Positions 44,665 through 55,266 of a stretch of 64,000 nucleotides of DNA are shown piece after piece. The stretch is taken from the NCBI GenBank assembly GCA_034003985.1, contig JAVEXP010000001.1:236190-300189 (forward strand), in the 5' to 3' direction. Below the pieces are notes generated by a model, which was not told the DNA's origin, did not search any database, and saw only the letters and a list, made by a program, of their open reading frames with translations. The stretch's first letter is position 1. Every line of letters starts with the position of its first letter. The position numbers and the translations under genes were made by a program. The stretch is from Patescibacteria group bacterium. Its GTDB lineage: Bacteria > Patescibacteriota > Patescibacteriia > Buchananbacterales > UBA6539.

Positions 44665-47127
44665 TTAATTGGCAATTAGGGTTACACCGTAAAATTTATC
44701 GGTAATTAAATTAGATGTAAAATTAACTTCGTTGTCGCTGCTGCTTAAATCTGCGGGGAACTTGGCCAAAGGTTTGAAATGGTTGTCAAGAATAAGGTTG
44801 CTAATCAACTGATTATTCAAGCTGCCAGCCTGCTTTTGAACCAAAAGGCTGTAATAAAAAATATTTTCGCCTTCCAAAGCCAGCTTAAATGGTAATCGAT
44901 AACGAATGGTTGCCTGCTGGACTTCGCCGGGTTTAAGCTGAAGCCAATTGCCAAAAACCGTCTTGCCGTTTTCACGATAGATATCGGTTCCGGTTTGCTG
45001 ATCAAATTGTCGGTCGGTTTCAATACTTAAAAGATCGGTATCCGGTTTAAGTTCCGGATCGGGTTGGTCAAATAATTCAGCCGGGGGTTTTTGAAATCCT
45101 TCGGCGGCCAGAAGAACACTGCCGGGCGGAACATAAAATCTAACATAACTATTGTTTTGAACGCCGGTAAAAATATCTTGGCCCTTTGTGCCCTGGTGAC
45201 GCCTGATTAATTTGACGGTATCAATGATTGTCCCATCGGCTTTAATCTCAGCTTGATGTTGGATAGTTTGGTCAATAACACCGTCACTTTTGCCACCCGC
45301 CAAGTTAGTATGGACAACCGATAAGTAGTCGCCGTCAGTTTGACGCAATTCGCCGCTCCAACCAAACTGTCGCAGTAAAGTTTCAATTTGATAATCATTA
45401 AAATAAGCTTGGAGCTGCCGCTGATTTAAAGCATCTTTAAATAAACCAAACAGCTGTTCAAATTGTTGTTGGTTAGCGGAAAAAATTTTTTCCAACAGCA
45501 TCGGCGCCAGATCAGCAATAAACTGTTTGGGACGGTTTTCCTCTTTGTCATATTCCAGCTCGACGATTTTTTGGGTTTCTAACACAAAATTTTCGCTGGT
45601 AATAGTCCGACCATATTCTGGCATTTCAATTGGACCGAAAATACCAAGCAATCTTTCCATTAAAGTTGAGGTTAAGACAATAACACCGTCGACGCTGGGC
45701 TGCGATGAATTTTCGTGAAACCATTGGATTTTTTTGGCTGCGGTTGGGAAATCAGGCCACCAGTTTGAATCTTGAAATTCCCACCGAGCGTTTATCAGCC
45801 TTAATGGTTCGGGCGCTGCAACCTTGGGAATTAGCGAACCTTGAAGATCATAGGTGCCACCGCCTGGGATATTGATTTTTTTGATTTGTCCCCGATCAAC
45901 ATCAACCAAAGCGTAACTGCCCATGAAACCACCGGTTGCTCTTAGTTCGTTGTTGTTCAAGAATATTACTAAATAACGCTGCCACTGATTTTGGCCAAGC
46001 ATTTTAAGGGCCGATTTATCAATTGTTAAAACGGTTTTTAGACTGAGCTCGATTTTATCCAGGTCTTTTAAGACTTTTTCAAAATCTTGCCGGTTCTCAG
46101 CCGGTAAATCAGCCGGGTCGACTGACACAATTTTTTGTTTAGCTTCGTTGAATTTATCAATTACTATCCGAAGGTCAGACTCAAAAGCCACTAGCGACTC
46201 GTAGTAATTCTCAATCCCAGTGGCAGACATAAATCTTTGGCCGCTATTAATCAAAATTTGGCCCGTTTCCGCGGCGATTTGTCCGGCTGCCAATAAATTA
46301 ATGCCGGCATTTACAGATTGACCCTTGCCGGGAAAAATTTTGACGATTTCCGTAGCCAAAGAATTTAAATTTTCAACCTCTCTTTGAGCTAAATTAAAAT
46401 TGAGTTTAGCTTGATCAAATTCATAATCAGCTCCCGCCAAGTTAAGATTAATGGCAGCCTGCTCCCCCTTTTTGAGGTTTTCAATTGCCTCATTTGTGGC
46501 CAATAAAATTCGATCCTTGGTGTCCTGAAGATCTTGATAATAGCTCAGAGCCTGAAGCGGTAATACAAAAATTAATGACATCATCAAAAAAATCGATATC
46601 TTTTTTGGCCAATCTTTCGGGATTACCAAGGAAAGAAATTCAACATGGTTTGGCGGGGCAAAAATATCTTCCATGATTGATTCTTGGTTATCGTCGGTTG
46701 GTTGGAAGGTAATTAATGGGCTTGGTGACGGTTGATTTTTTTGATCTATTTTTTTTGGTCCTAAAAAAGATTTGAACCAAGACTGGTTAAAAAACTTTGA
46801 TCCGGCGGATAAAAAATTAACCGCCAATTTATTTTTATTGGGGCTATAGTTTAGCCTGGTAGGTCGCGGTGGAATTGAGGTTTTTACAGGTTGCGGCTTG
46901 ATCGTTGAAGAGTTAAAAAAATCATGCCGGTTATTGTCAAATTTTTCCTCAAAGGGATTTTTAAGATTAACGACATGGGAGGAAGAAAGCTTTATCCCAG
47001 TTTTTACCTCTACTTTTTTGGCTTGAATGGTATTTTGACCGATACTAACCTTGCCAGTTCCGCTCTGGGATGATTTTTTAGAGCTAGCTTTGGATGATTT
47101 TTTTGTTTTTCTTTTTGCAAGAGGCAT
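44665..47127 (-). CDS. DUF4012-domain membrane-anchored protein
   Basis: YLVIFLNNNELRATGGFMGSYA, DSNWWPDFPTAA, NLAGGKSD and YSLLVQKQAG motifs. Confidence 0.8.
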   Translation of the reverse strand: MPLAKRKTKKSSKASSKKSSQSGTGKVSIGQNTIQAKKVEVKTGIKLSSSHVVNLKNPFEEKFDNNRHDFFNSSTIKPQPVKTSIPPRPTRLNYSPNKNKLAVNFLSAGSKFFNQSWFKSFLGPKKIDQKNQPSPSPLITFQPTDDNQESIMEDIFAPPNHVEFLSLVIPKDWPKKISIFLMMSLIFVLPLQALSYYQDLQDTKDRILLATNEAIENLKKGEQAAINLNLAGADYEFDQAKLNFNLAQREVENLNSLATEIVKIFPGKGQSVNAGINLLAAGQIAAETGQILINSGQRFMSATGIENYYESLVAFESDLRIVIDKFNEAKQKIVSVDPADLPAENRQDFEKVLKDLDKIELSLKTVLTIDKSALKMLGQNQWQRYLVIFLNNNELRATGGFMGSYALVDVDRGQIKKINIPGGGTYDLQGSLIPKVAAPEPLRLINARWEFQDSNWWPDFPTAAKKIQWFHENSSQPSVDGVIVLTSTLMERLLGIFGPIEMPEYGRTITSENFVLETQKIVELEYDKEENRPKQFIADLAPMLLEKIFSANQQQFEQLFGLFKDALNQRQLQAYFNDYQIETLLRQFGWSGELRQTDGDYLSVVHTNLAGGKSDGVIDQTIQHQAEIKADGTIIDTVKLIRRHQGTKGQDIFTGVQNNSYVRFYVPPGSVLLAAEGFQKPPAELFDQPDPELKPDTDLLSIETDRQFDQQTGTDIYRENGKTVFGNWLQLKPGEVQQATIRYRLPFKLALEGENIFYYSLLVQKQAGSLNNQLISNLILDNHFKPLAKFPADLSSSDNEVNFTSNLITDKFYGVTLIAN

Positions 47128-47174
47128 TTATTCGCTTTGATTTATTCACAGTTGATAATTTATTATACCATAAA

Positions 47175-48293
47175 TCAAGCAGCTAGGTAAATATCAAGGG
47201 TGACTTGCGCACATTGACGCCAATCATATTTTAGAAGCTGTTTTTGTCCTCGGTCAACCATGGTATTAATCAGATTTTTATTTCCAATAACCTCTAATAC
47301 CTTTTGAGCGATATCTTCGGGATTAGTAGGATCAAAATAAACGGCGCTATCCCCTAAAACTTCGGGCAAACTGGTGCTTTGTGAGGAAACGACTGGCGTC
47401 TGACAATAAATCGCTTCTAGGGCTACTAGACCAAAACCTTCGCAGAAAGACGGTAAAACAAATAATTTTGCCCCTTGATAAATAAGTCCTAGTTCTTCTT
47501 CTGGTATAAACCCGGGAGCAATAATCTGATTTTTGACGGGTGATTCGCTAATTGCTTGAGATATCTCCGGATAATTCGGATCGGCTTTACCACCCAGAAC
47601 CAACTGACAATCAAGTTGATTTTTAATTTTAAGAATTTCAAAAGCCTTTATCAAACCAACAAGATTTTTATGATCGCGCCAGACACCAAGATACAGTAAA
47701 TATGGTTTAGTGATAGCATATTTAGAAAGTACCTGATCGATTTCCATTTGGGAGGAACGATTGACTAGTTTGCTGTCGAATCCTAAATAAACAACTTTAA
47801 TCTTCTTGGTTTTAACTTTAAGATATTTCACAATACCGTCTTTGGTATGATTTGAGGGAGTGATTACCACCTTGGCTTTAAGGATTGACAATCTAAGAAC
47901 TAACCAATAGGCCAATCGTCTGATTTTTGATTTTTTAACCATTGGTCCGGGATAAAAAATTGGCGTAATGTCATGAATTGTTATGACTGATTTTTTGAAA
48001 TAAAAAATAGGGGTATTAAAATTAGGAAAATGAATCAAATTCAAACAATGTTTATACAAGATTATCGGAAAAATTAGCTGTTCCACCCAGCTATACCACC
48101 TAATATTGACTTTGATTTTTTTAAACTTGGAAGTTGGCGGCCGGAATTCAGAAAAAGCCGGATCGTTCATAAATAAAATATATTCATTCTCCGAATCAAT
48201 CTCGGCCAACTGATCAATTAGATTTTGAATGTAACCGCCGATGCCAGTAGCGGCCTTAACGCCGTACATCCTGGCGTCAATTCCAATCCTCAT
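47175..48293 (-). CDS. Glycosyltransferase family 4
   Basis: MRIGIDAR, HKNL and EGFGLVALEA motifs. Confidence 0.92.
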   Translation of the reverse strand: MRIGIDARMYGVKAATGIGGYIQNLIDQLAEIDSENEYILFMNDPAFSEFRPPTSKFKKIKVNIRWYSWVEQLIFPIILYKHCLNLIHFPNFNTPIFYFKKSVITIHDITPIFYPGPMVKKSKIRRLAYWLVLRLSILKAKVVITPSNHTKDGIVKYLKVKTKKIKVVYLGFDSKLVNRSSQMEIDQVLSKYAITKPYLLYLGVWRDHKNLVGLIKAFEILKIKNQLDCQLVLGGKADPNYPEISQAISESPVKNQIIAPGFIPEEELGLIYQGAKLFVLPSFCEGFGLVALEAIYCQTPVVSSQSTSLPEVLGDSAVYFDPTNPEDIAQKVLEVIGNKNLINTMVDRGQKQLLKYDWRQCAQVTLDIYLAA

Positions 48294-49417
48294 AAATTTG
48301 AGCGGTTAATTATTTCCTGAATTGCCATCGCCGCTTTTTCCCAAGTGAAATTTTTACTGTAAGACAGCCCTTGAGTAGCCAAACGATTTCTAAAATCTTC
48401 ATCGGTCAGGATATTATTAATCGCCGAAACCAGATCATTAACATTGTGGGGATCAATCAATAAACCGGCATCACCCACCGACTCAATCAATGCCGAGTTA
48501 AAGCTGGTAATAACCGGAGTGCCACAGGCCATCGCTTCCAAAGGTGGCAAACCAAAACCTTCATAAATTGATGGGTAGACAAACAGTTTGGCCAAAGCGT
48601 AAAGCGCTGGTCGATCAGGGTCGTCGACATATCCCAGAAATTTAATCCTTTCCCGGACCGCTGATTGCTCCCAAATTTTATAAAGATTTTGATATTTCCA
48701 AGCCTGAGAGCCGGCAATCACCAAATCAATGCTTTGATTACTAATTTTTTCAAAAGCCTTTAATAAAGTGGCAACATTTTTTCGGGGTTCAAGATTACCC
48801 AAATAAAGAATGAAAGGATTGTGAAGTTTATATTTGGCTTTAACTTTGTCTAGCTGACTGGCCGCAATTGGCTGAAAAAAAATCTGATTAATACCGTTAT
48901 AGACAACTTTGACCTTAGTACTGGGCACTTGGTAAATTTGGACTAAATCCGCCTTGGTATTTTCGGAAATGGCAATAATTTCATCAGCTCGCCGGGTCAT
49001 TGCGCGAGGATTGATCAAGCGATGCCATAGTTTCTTTTTGGCGGTAAAAAAATTCGGATATAATTCAAAAGACAGATCATGAACAATCAAAATCTGACGA
49101 CAATTATCTGACAGATTGCTGAATAAAAAACTGGGAGTAATAAAAACATCAACCCCTCCGAGCAATTCATCAATCTTTGGTTTTTTTAAAAATCGCATAG
49201 CAAGATTAAACACCCGATTAGGGTAGCTGAAACCACGATAGCTGACATTAGGGTTGTTAAATTCCGGCATTTCAACCGGCTTGGACGAATTATAAAACAG
49301 CAAATATTGATTTTGCTGATCAATAGTCAGAAGGGATTTGAGTAAATTGTAAGTATATTCACTGATCCCCGAATAATGTTTTTCCATCAAACAGCGAACA
49401 TCAATACCAATTTTCAT
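48290..49417 (-). CDS. Glycosyltransferase family 4
   Basis: EPRKN and PSIYEGFGLPPLEAMACG motifs. Confidence 0.93.
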   Translation of the reverse strand: MKIGIDVRCLMEKHYSGISEYTYNLLKSLLTIDQQNQYLLFYNSSKPVEMPEFNNPNVSYRGFSYPNRVFNLAMRFLKKPKIDELLGGVDVFITPSFLFSNLSDNCRQILIVHDLSFELYPNFFTAKKKLWHRLINPRAMTRRADEIIAISENTKADLVQIYQVPSTKVKVVYNGINQIFFQPIAASQLDKVKAKYKLHNPFILYLGNLEPRKNVATLLKAFEKISNQSIDLVIAGSQAWKYQNLYKIWEQSAVRERIKFLGYVDDPDRPALYALAKLFVYPSIYEGFGLPPLEAMACGTPVITSFNSALIESVGDAGLLIDPHNVNDLVSAINNILTDEDFRNRLATQGLSYSKNFTWEKAAMAIQEIINRSNL

Positions 49418-49423
49418 ACTAAT

Positions 49424-50542
49424 TTAGAAGCCACATTTAATTTGTAAGTCTTGGGCTTTTTGATACTCCGTAACAATTAAATCGTTAATTTCCCGGCGAA
49501 AACGATCAACCCCAAATTGTTGGGCATAATTTTTTATTTCAATTGAATTGTAATTTTCCGGCTTAAACCGAACAATGGTATCAGCCAGCGACTCCCAGGT
49601 TTGTTCTTCAAAAAATTTGCCGGTTTTATTCTCCACTACCGTTTCACAGGCCCCGCCGGCGGCAAAAGCGATAACTGGCCGGCCGGCTGCCATTGACTCA
49701 ACCGCCGTCAAACCAAAATCTTCGATTTGCGGATGAATAAAGGCAATCGCCTGACTATAAACTTGTTGTAATTCCGATTGATTAATTTTACCAAGAAATT
49801 CAATGTGTGACTTGGCCAAGGCTCGAAGATTTTTTTCTTCCGGTCCGGTGCCAAAAATTTTTAAAGGAATTCCCAAACGATTAAAAGCCTTAACCGTTAG
49901 GTCGAATCTTTTATAGGCTACCAGTCGTCCACCGGTTAAAAAATACTTACCGATTTGTTTGGCAATTTGGAATTGATTTGTCTCAACCGGCGGATGGATA
50001 ACAACACTTTCCCGCCGGTAGTACTTTCTTATTCGGTCGGCGACATTTTTAGAATTGGCAATGTAATAATCCACCCGTTGGGCCGCCAGCTGATCCCAGG
50101 CCCTGAGGCGATTTAAAACCATCGGAATTATCTTTTTAACCAGCCGATTATATTTCAGTTCATCAATATAGCGATGGGTATCGGACCAAAGATATCTGGT
50201 AGGAGTATGACAATAGCAAAAATGAATGGTATTTGAGCGAGTAATAATTCCTTTGGCCATTGCCGAAGAACTGGACAAAACCACATCATAGTCTATCAAA
50301 TCATAGCTTTCGGTAGCTGTTGGCATGAAAGGTAAAAACCATTGATAATGTTTAAGCGCTCCCGGCCATTTCTGTAAAAAAGAAGTATTGATTTGATGTC
50401 CTTCAAAAAGTTTGCCCAATTTTTTTTCGTCATAAAGCAAAGTGTAGGTCGGGGCCTGAGGATAGATATCTTGAAAAACCTTCAGCACCCGTTCCGCACC
50501 GCCTTCTTGAATAAGATGATCGTGGACTAAAGCAATTTTCAT
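49424..50542 (-). CDS. Glycosyltransferase family 4 (mannosyltransferase-like)
   Basis: KIALVHDHL..GGAERVL, YCHTPTRYLW and EDFGLTAVESMAAG motifs. Confidence 0.92.
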   Translation of the reverse strand: MKIALVHDHLIQEGGAERVLKVFQDIYPQAPTYTLLYDEKKLGKLFEGHQINTSFLQKWPGALKHYQWFLPFMPTATESYDLIDYDVVLSSSSAMAKGIITRSNTIHFCYCHTPTRYLWSDTHRYIDELKYNRLVKKIIPMVLNRLRAWDQLAAQRVDYYIANSKNVADRIRKYYRRESVVIHPPVETNQFQIAKQIGKYFLTGGRLVAYKRFDLTVKAFNRLGIPLKIFGTGPEEKNLRALAKSHIEFLGKINQSELQQVYSQAIAFIHPQIEDFGLTAVESMAAGRPVIAFAAGGACETVVENKTGKFFEEQTWESLADTIVRFKPENYNSIEIKNYAQQFGVDRFRREINDLIVTEYQKAQDLQIKCGF

Positions 50543-51942
50543 TCCGCCTTTCTCCTTTTGAAGATGGCCCAGGGGGTTTTTAGCATAATCAGCAAATCAA
50601 GGCCAATGGACCAATTTTCAATATAATAAGTATCAAGTTTTACTTCTTGTTCAAAGTCAAGGTCTGATCGGCCGGATACTTGAGCTAAACCGGTAATACC
50701 CGGCTTGATTGTCAATAATTTTTTGTGACGGGCTTGATATTTCTCGACTTCTTCCAATTCGTGAGGTCGAGGGCCGACTAAGCTCATGGTGCCAACAAAG
50801 GCCAAAAAAAGTTCTGGTAATTCATCAATGCTAAAACGCCTGATAAATTTTCCAACCTTGGTGATTCGCGGATCATTTTGGAATTTCATCATTGGCGATC
50901 CGTCCCGCATATTCGGATTATGCTTAAGAAATTCTTGATCAAACCTTAGCTGATGGGCGTCTTTAACCATTGACCGAAATTTAAAATAATAAAACGGTTT
51001 GCCATTTTGGCCGATTCGTCGATAGTTAAAAAGGATTGGTCCCGGGCTATTTAATTTAATCGCCAATACCGTTACTAGCATTACCGGAGAAAAAAAGATT
51101 ATCAACAGCGAAGAAAAAATTAAGTCAAAAACCCTTTTGTAGATTCTTCCCCAACCGTCGAGCCTGGTTTTTTTAACCTCAACAATTGGCGTTCCGGCCA
51201 GAGTCGTAACCTCCAAATTGGTCAACTGAGTTCCCAGTAAATCGGCGGTATAGCGAAAATCCAAATGGTATTCGGTAATCAAATTCAAAAGTTCATTAGT
51301 CTGATCAATTTGTCGATTGGGATTAATTTGAATTATCTCATCAATTTGATCATTAACTGCCATCGCTTTGAGCCGCTGGGCATTTTGATAATCGAAAGAA
51401 GCAAATCTTTCAACTACCCGATAACCAAGGCTCGGTTTAGTGGAGAATTCTTTAAGCAATTCATCAGCAATTTTGCCGTCACCAATGATCACAACCCGAT
51501 GAACGCCAAAGCCTATGCGATAAGTGAAACGCTGAATCAAATGGATAAAGCCTCTTTCCGCAGTAAGAAAGAAAAAGGCCAATAACCAACCGGCTAAAAT
51601 AATAAAACGAGAATCAAATAGATAACGGGAAAAAACCATAATGGCCAAGACCAGCGCCATGCCCGCGGCTGAAGCAACAAATAATCGAGCGACTTCTTCC
51701 CGAAATTTTTTCGGGCCGACGATGTTATACAGTCCGGCCATAGCTAAAATGCCGACCCAGACAACCGCTAAAATTAAAGTGATTTGAAAAAACCCTTTAA
51801 ACGGCAAATCAAAAATAATCGGCCTGATTTTTTGGACAAACGGCAGATAACGAATAAAATAAGCCACAATGGCGGCGAATATTAAAGCCAGGTAGTCTAA
51901 GGGCGGTTTGACCGCGGTAAAAACCAGCTCAGAATGTTTCAT
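50539..51942 (-). CDS. Undecaprenyl-phosphate sugar phosphotransferase (WcaJ/WbaP-like)
   Basis: KRVFD, FKFRSM, DPRITKVG, DELP, MSLVGPRP and KPGITGLAQV motifs. Confidence 0.93.
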   Translation of the reverse strand: MKHSELVFTAVKPPLDYLALIFAAIVAYFIRYLPFVQKIRPIIFDLPFKGFFQITLILAVVWVGILAMAGLYNIVGPKKFREEVARLFVASAAGMALVLAIMVFSRYLFDSRFIILAGWLLAFFFLTAERGFIHLIQRFTYRIGFGVHRVVIIGDGKIADELLKEFSTKPSLGYRVVERFASFDYQNAQRLKAMAVNDQIDEIIQINPNRQIDQTNELLNLITEYHLDFRYTADLLGTQLTNLEVTTLAGTPIVEVKKTRLDGWGRIYKRVFDLIFSSLLIIFFSPVMLVTVLAIKLNSPGPILFNYRRIGQNGKPFYYFKFRSMVKDAHQLRFDQEFLKHNPNMRDGSPMMKFQNDPRITKVGKFIRRFSIDELPELFLAFVGTMSLVGPRPHELEEVEKYQARHKKLLTIKPGITGLAQVSGRSDLDFEQEVKLDTYYIENWSIGLDLLIMLKTPWAIFKRRKAE

Positions 51943-52008
51943 AAATTTATCTAGGTTTCATCATAGCAGAAAAATCTTTGAAAATCAATCAAAATTTATC
52001 AAATCATA

Positions 52009-52037
52009 TTGACAAAAAGATAATCTTATGCTATGAT
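52009..52037 (+). promoter_or_regulatory. rnpB promoter
   Basis: TTGACA-17-TATGAT with TGn, 6 nt before the P1 helix. Confidence 0.8.
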
Positions 52038-52043
52038 CTTTCA

Positions 52044-52423
52044 GTCTGAGTAAACCAGATGGTCGCTCGTTTAGAAATAAGCGAGAGGAAAGTCCGAACA
52101 CCACAAAAAATGGCAGCTCCTAACGGGAGCCGAGTATAAATAAGAGAGTAAAAGTTCTTAAGCCTTTTATTCTGTTATCAAGCTTAGGGCAAGTGCAACA
52201 GAAAATACACCGCCTAAGTCCGCTTGACGGAACGGTAAGGTTGAAATCGTGAGGTAAGAGCTCACGGCCGACAGACTGGCAACAGTCGGGTTGGTAAACT
52301 CCTGCCTGGTGCAATGCCAAATTCGGTAGGCAGCTTGATCCCGATGGCAACATCGGGACTAGATAGATGACCATCATCCCAATCCAAAGGGATACAAAAT
52401 TCGGCTTATCGGTTTGCTCAGAC
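52044..52423 (+). ncRNA. rnpB: RNase P RNA (type A-like)
   Basis: P1 GTCTGAGTAAACC/GGTTTGCTCAGAC; conserved GAGGAAAGTCCG, AGTGCAACAGAAA, GGTAAGAG and ACAAAATTCGGCTTA. Confidence 0.96.
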
Positions 52424-52465
52424 AATAAAAAACACCTCCCTTAAGAGGTGTTTTTTATTGTCTGA
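52418..52465. terminator. Bidirectional terminator between rnpB and the MFS gene
   Basis: 21-bp perfect inverted repeat TCAGACAATAAAAAACACCTC/GAGGTGTTTTTTATTGTCTGA. Confidence 0.85.
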
Positions 52466-52468
52466 AAA

Positions 52469-53083
52469 TTATTTTTGGTAAATTTTATCTTTAATCATCA
52501 ACAACATTGCAGCGCCAATTAAAGTCAAAACGCTAACAACGATAAACAATACATCAAACCCAAAAATCGTGGCAATAAAGCCGCCCAAAGCCGCGGAAGC
52601 CGCCATCCCAAATCCAGTAATGACATCATAAAGACTCCATTCCAAGGCTTCTTTATTTTTGTCCAAATGTCTGGTAAAAATCGACCGCCAACCTGGAAAC
52701 GCCAGAGCAGCGGCCAAACCTAATAATATCTGCAATAAATAAAGTTCCCAGATGCTGCCGACAAAAATATAAGCAAAATAGACCGCAGCGGTCAAAACCG
52801 TGCCAAAAATCGAGGTGTAGAGATCATCTTTTTCACCGCGATGTTTATCAATATAAATGCCGACGGGAATTTCAAAAACTGATTTGGCCAGCAGGCATAA
52901 AGCCGACGCAATTCCGACTACCTCAATTGAGCCGTTGGGAATTTTGTTGGTAACGAAAATGGCAAAAATCGGCATTAATAGTTGATACGAAGACCAGACA
53001 GCAAAATCGGAAATCGTCAAAATCTTAATTACCAAATTAATTTGGTAATTCTTGATTGACTTAAAAATAGTTTGATAATACAT
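52469..53083 (-). CDS. Half-size (six-TM) MFS-like protein
   Basis: PVGIYIDKHRG motif-A-like loop and LYLLQILLGLAAA; 204 aa. Confidence 0.75.
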   Translation of the reverse strand: MYYQTIFKSIKNYQINLVIKILTISDFAVWSSYQLLMPIFAIFVTNKIPNGSIEVVGIASALCLLAKSVFEIPVGIYIDKHRGEKDDLYTSIFGTVLTAAVYFAYIFVGSIWELYLLQILLGLAAALAFPGWRSIFTRHLDKNKEALEWSLYDVITGFGMAASAALGGFIATIFGFDVLFIVVSVLTLIGAAMLLMIKDKIYQK

Positions 53084-53094
53084 AACTTGTTGTT

Positions 53095-53502
53095 TTATTG
53101 GGATAGTTTTTGATCAAGGATTTTATTGACCAGACGATCAGCTTCCTTGTTATCATTGCGCCGGACATGAATGAATTTTATTTTTTTAAAACTCAGACTT
53201 AAATTCCAAACTTTAATAAAAAGCGGCGCCAAATCCTGATTTTTGACTTTGTATTGACGATTTAATTGCTGGCAGACCAATTCACTGTCAAGAAACAAAT
53301 CAACTTCTTCAACCGCCAATTCTCTGGCTTTTTCCAAAGCTAAAATAACGGCTTTATATTCAGCTTGATTATTGGTGGTTTCGCCAATATAATCGTTAAA
53401 TTCATGTTTCTTTCCTTCAATTTCAATAACCACTCCGATTCCCGCCGGACCGGGATTTCCCCGCGCGCCTCCATCGGTATGGATGATCGCTTTTTTAGTC
53501 AT
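53095..53502 (-). CDS. rnhA: Ribonuclease HI family protein
   Basis: TDGGARGNPGPAGIG, TNNQAEY, DSELV and NKEADRL motifs. Confidence 0.93.
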   Translation of the reverse strand: MTKKAIIHTDGGARGNPGPAGIGVVIEIEGKKHEFNDYIGETTNNQAEYKAVILALEKARELAVEEVDLFLDSELVCQQLNRQYKVKNQDLAPLFIKVWNLSLSFKKIKFIHVRRNDNKEADRLVNKILDQKLSQ

Positions 53503-55213
53503 GCTTTTTTAAATCAATTATTTTAAGTTGAAGTTCACGGTTACCATTCCACTCATTGACATCAATTTCAAAAACCAAATCAATCAAATCGCCGGGTTTT
53601 AAAGTTTGACGCCATTCACCAAAACCAAAACCAATAGTTTTATGAATAGTCTTGTCGTGATGACAGACCATCAAGCGAAGGTGTTTACCGTCCTGACCAA
53701 CTCCTTGAATTTCGTGAATGGTTAATCCTTTGGCTAAAAACCGTGGTTTGGGGTTACCTTCTCCATAGGGTTTAAATTTTTCCAATTCGTCGAATAAATC
53801 CCAGTTGACCTGAGTTAGACTGATTTGCACATCAATTTCCAAACTTGGATTTAATGAAATTTCAGCTAATTCTTGCTTGGCCAAGGCCGTCATTTTGACG
53901 ATAAATTTCTTTAAATTAGTTTCGTCCTTAACCGTAAAACCGCAAGCTTGAGCATGGCCACCGTAACGGGCCAGCATCCTGTCGCATTTGGCGATTGCTT
54001 CAACAATATTAAATTCGGGAATACTTCGTCCCGAACCGATAATTTCACCGTTGTAATGACTAATTACCAGGCTGGGAAGATGAAACTTGTCAGTCAGCCG
54101 GCCGGCTACCAAGCCAACGATCCCAGTCGGCCAGTCATGACCGATCAGGATTAAAATTTTTTGATCAGTAACCTGACCAACAATATTGAGACATTCCTGA
54201 TGAATTTTTTCCGTTAATTGTTGGCGCTCTTGATTTTTTTTATTCAATTGCTCAGCTAAGCGCTCAGCCTCGTCGGGATTATCGGTAATCAGCAGTTCAT
54301 AAGAAGTACTGGCATGACCCAGCCGGCCGGCGGCGTTAAGTCTAGGAGCGATTCGCCAACCGACAATATCTTGATCCAAGATGGTAAGGTTACTGCTCAT
54401 TTTTTCAACCAGTTTAAGTAGCCCGAGCCTTTTAGTTTTTTGCAAAACCACCAAACCATATTTAACCAATACCCGATTTTCATCCAAAACCGGCTGTAAG
54501 TCCGCAATAGTGCCGATTGCCACCAGATCCAGAAGCCATTTTTCATAGCCATCTTCAAGGGGCTTATCCTGGTGTTGACTGACTCGCAAAGCCAAGGCCT
54601 GTACTAATTTATAAGCTACCCCGCAGCCGGCTAACTTTTTGAAAGGATATTTTTCACCGCTAACACTGGGATTAAGGATGGCAAAGGCTTGCGGCAACAC
54701 CAACGGTTCGTGATGGTGGTCAGTAATGATAACATCAATGCCATTTTCTTGAAGAAGTTTTACCTCTTCAACATTTGAAATACCACAATCAACGGTAATC
54801 ACTAGGCCAATTTTATCTTTTACTAATTTTTTGGCGGCGGCAATATTGAGCCCATAACCTTCAGTCTCGCGATAAGGAATATAAACATCAATATCCGCCC
54901 CTAATTCTTTAAGATATTCCGAAAGGACGGCAGTTGAGGTAACACCATCGGCATCATAATCACCATAGATTACTATTTTTTGACCTGATTCCAGCGCCAG
55001 AAATATCCGGTCAACCGCTTTGGCCATATCATTGAACAAAAACGGATCATAGGTATCCTGACCATAGTCTACGGTCAAGAAATGATCAATTTTGTCCTGA
55101 GTATCAATGCCCCGGTTATTGAGCAATTGAAGAATAATCGGATTAATTTCCGGAAATTGTTTAATAATTTCAGGGGACGGCGGTTGGTTTAGCTGCCAGG
55201 TTTTTACGGACAT
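53495..55213 (-). CDS. recJ: ssDNA exonuclease RecJ
   Basis: GDYDADG, TVDCG, TDHH, PRLNAAGR and GGHAQACG motifs. Start set at MSVK, 8 nt after TGCTAAAAT. Confidence 0.96.
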   Translation of the reverse strand: MSVKTWQLNQPPSPEIIKQFPEINPIILQLLNNRGIDTQDKIDHFLTVDYGQDTYDPFLFNDMAKAVDRIFLALESGQKIVIYGDYDADGVTSTAVLSEYLKELGADIDVYIPYRETEGYGLNIAAAKKLVKDKIGLVITVDCGISNVEEVKLLQENGIDVIITDHHHEPLVLPQAFAILNPSVSGEKYPFKKLAGCGVAYKLVQALALRVSQHQDKPLEDGYEKWLLDLVAIGTIADLQPVLDENRVLVKYGLVVLQKTKRLGLLKLVEKMSSNLTILDQDIVGWRIAPRLNAAGRLGHASTSYELLITDNPDEAERLAEQLNKKNQERQQLTEKIHQECLNIVGQVTDQKILILIGHDWPTGIVGLVAGRLTDKFHLPSLVISHYNGEIIGSGRSIPEFNIVEAIAKCDRMLARYGGHAQACGFTVKDETNLKKFIVKMTALAKQELAEISLNPSLEIDVQISLTQVNWDLFDELEKFKPYGEGNPKPRFLAKGLTIHEIQGVGQDGKHLRLMVCHHDKTIHKTIGFGFGEWRQTLKPGDLIDLVFEIDVNEWNGNRELQLKIIDLKKHD

Positions 55214-55266
55214 AGGAATATATTTTAGCATTTTACGGTCAATAGATAAAGTGCTAAAATACGACC

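Noticed and set aside
52126-52190. AU-rich long helix in rnpB
   Set aside because: It corresponds to the length-variable P12 region and is ordinary variation.
52120-52425. 101-aa minus-strand ORF
   Set aside because: It is antisense to the RNase P RNA.
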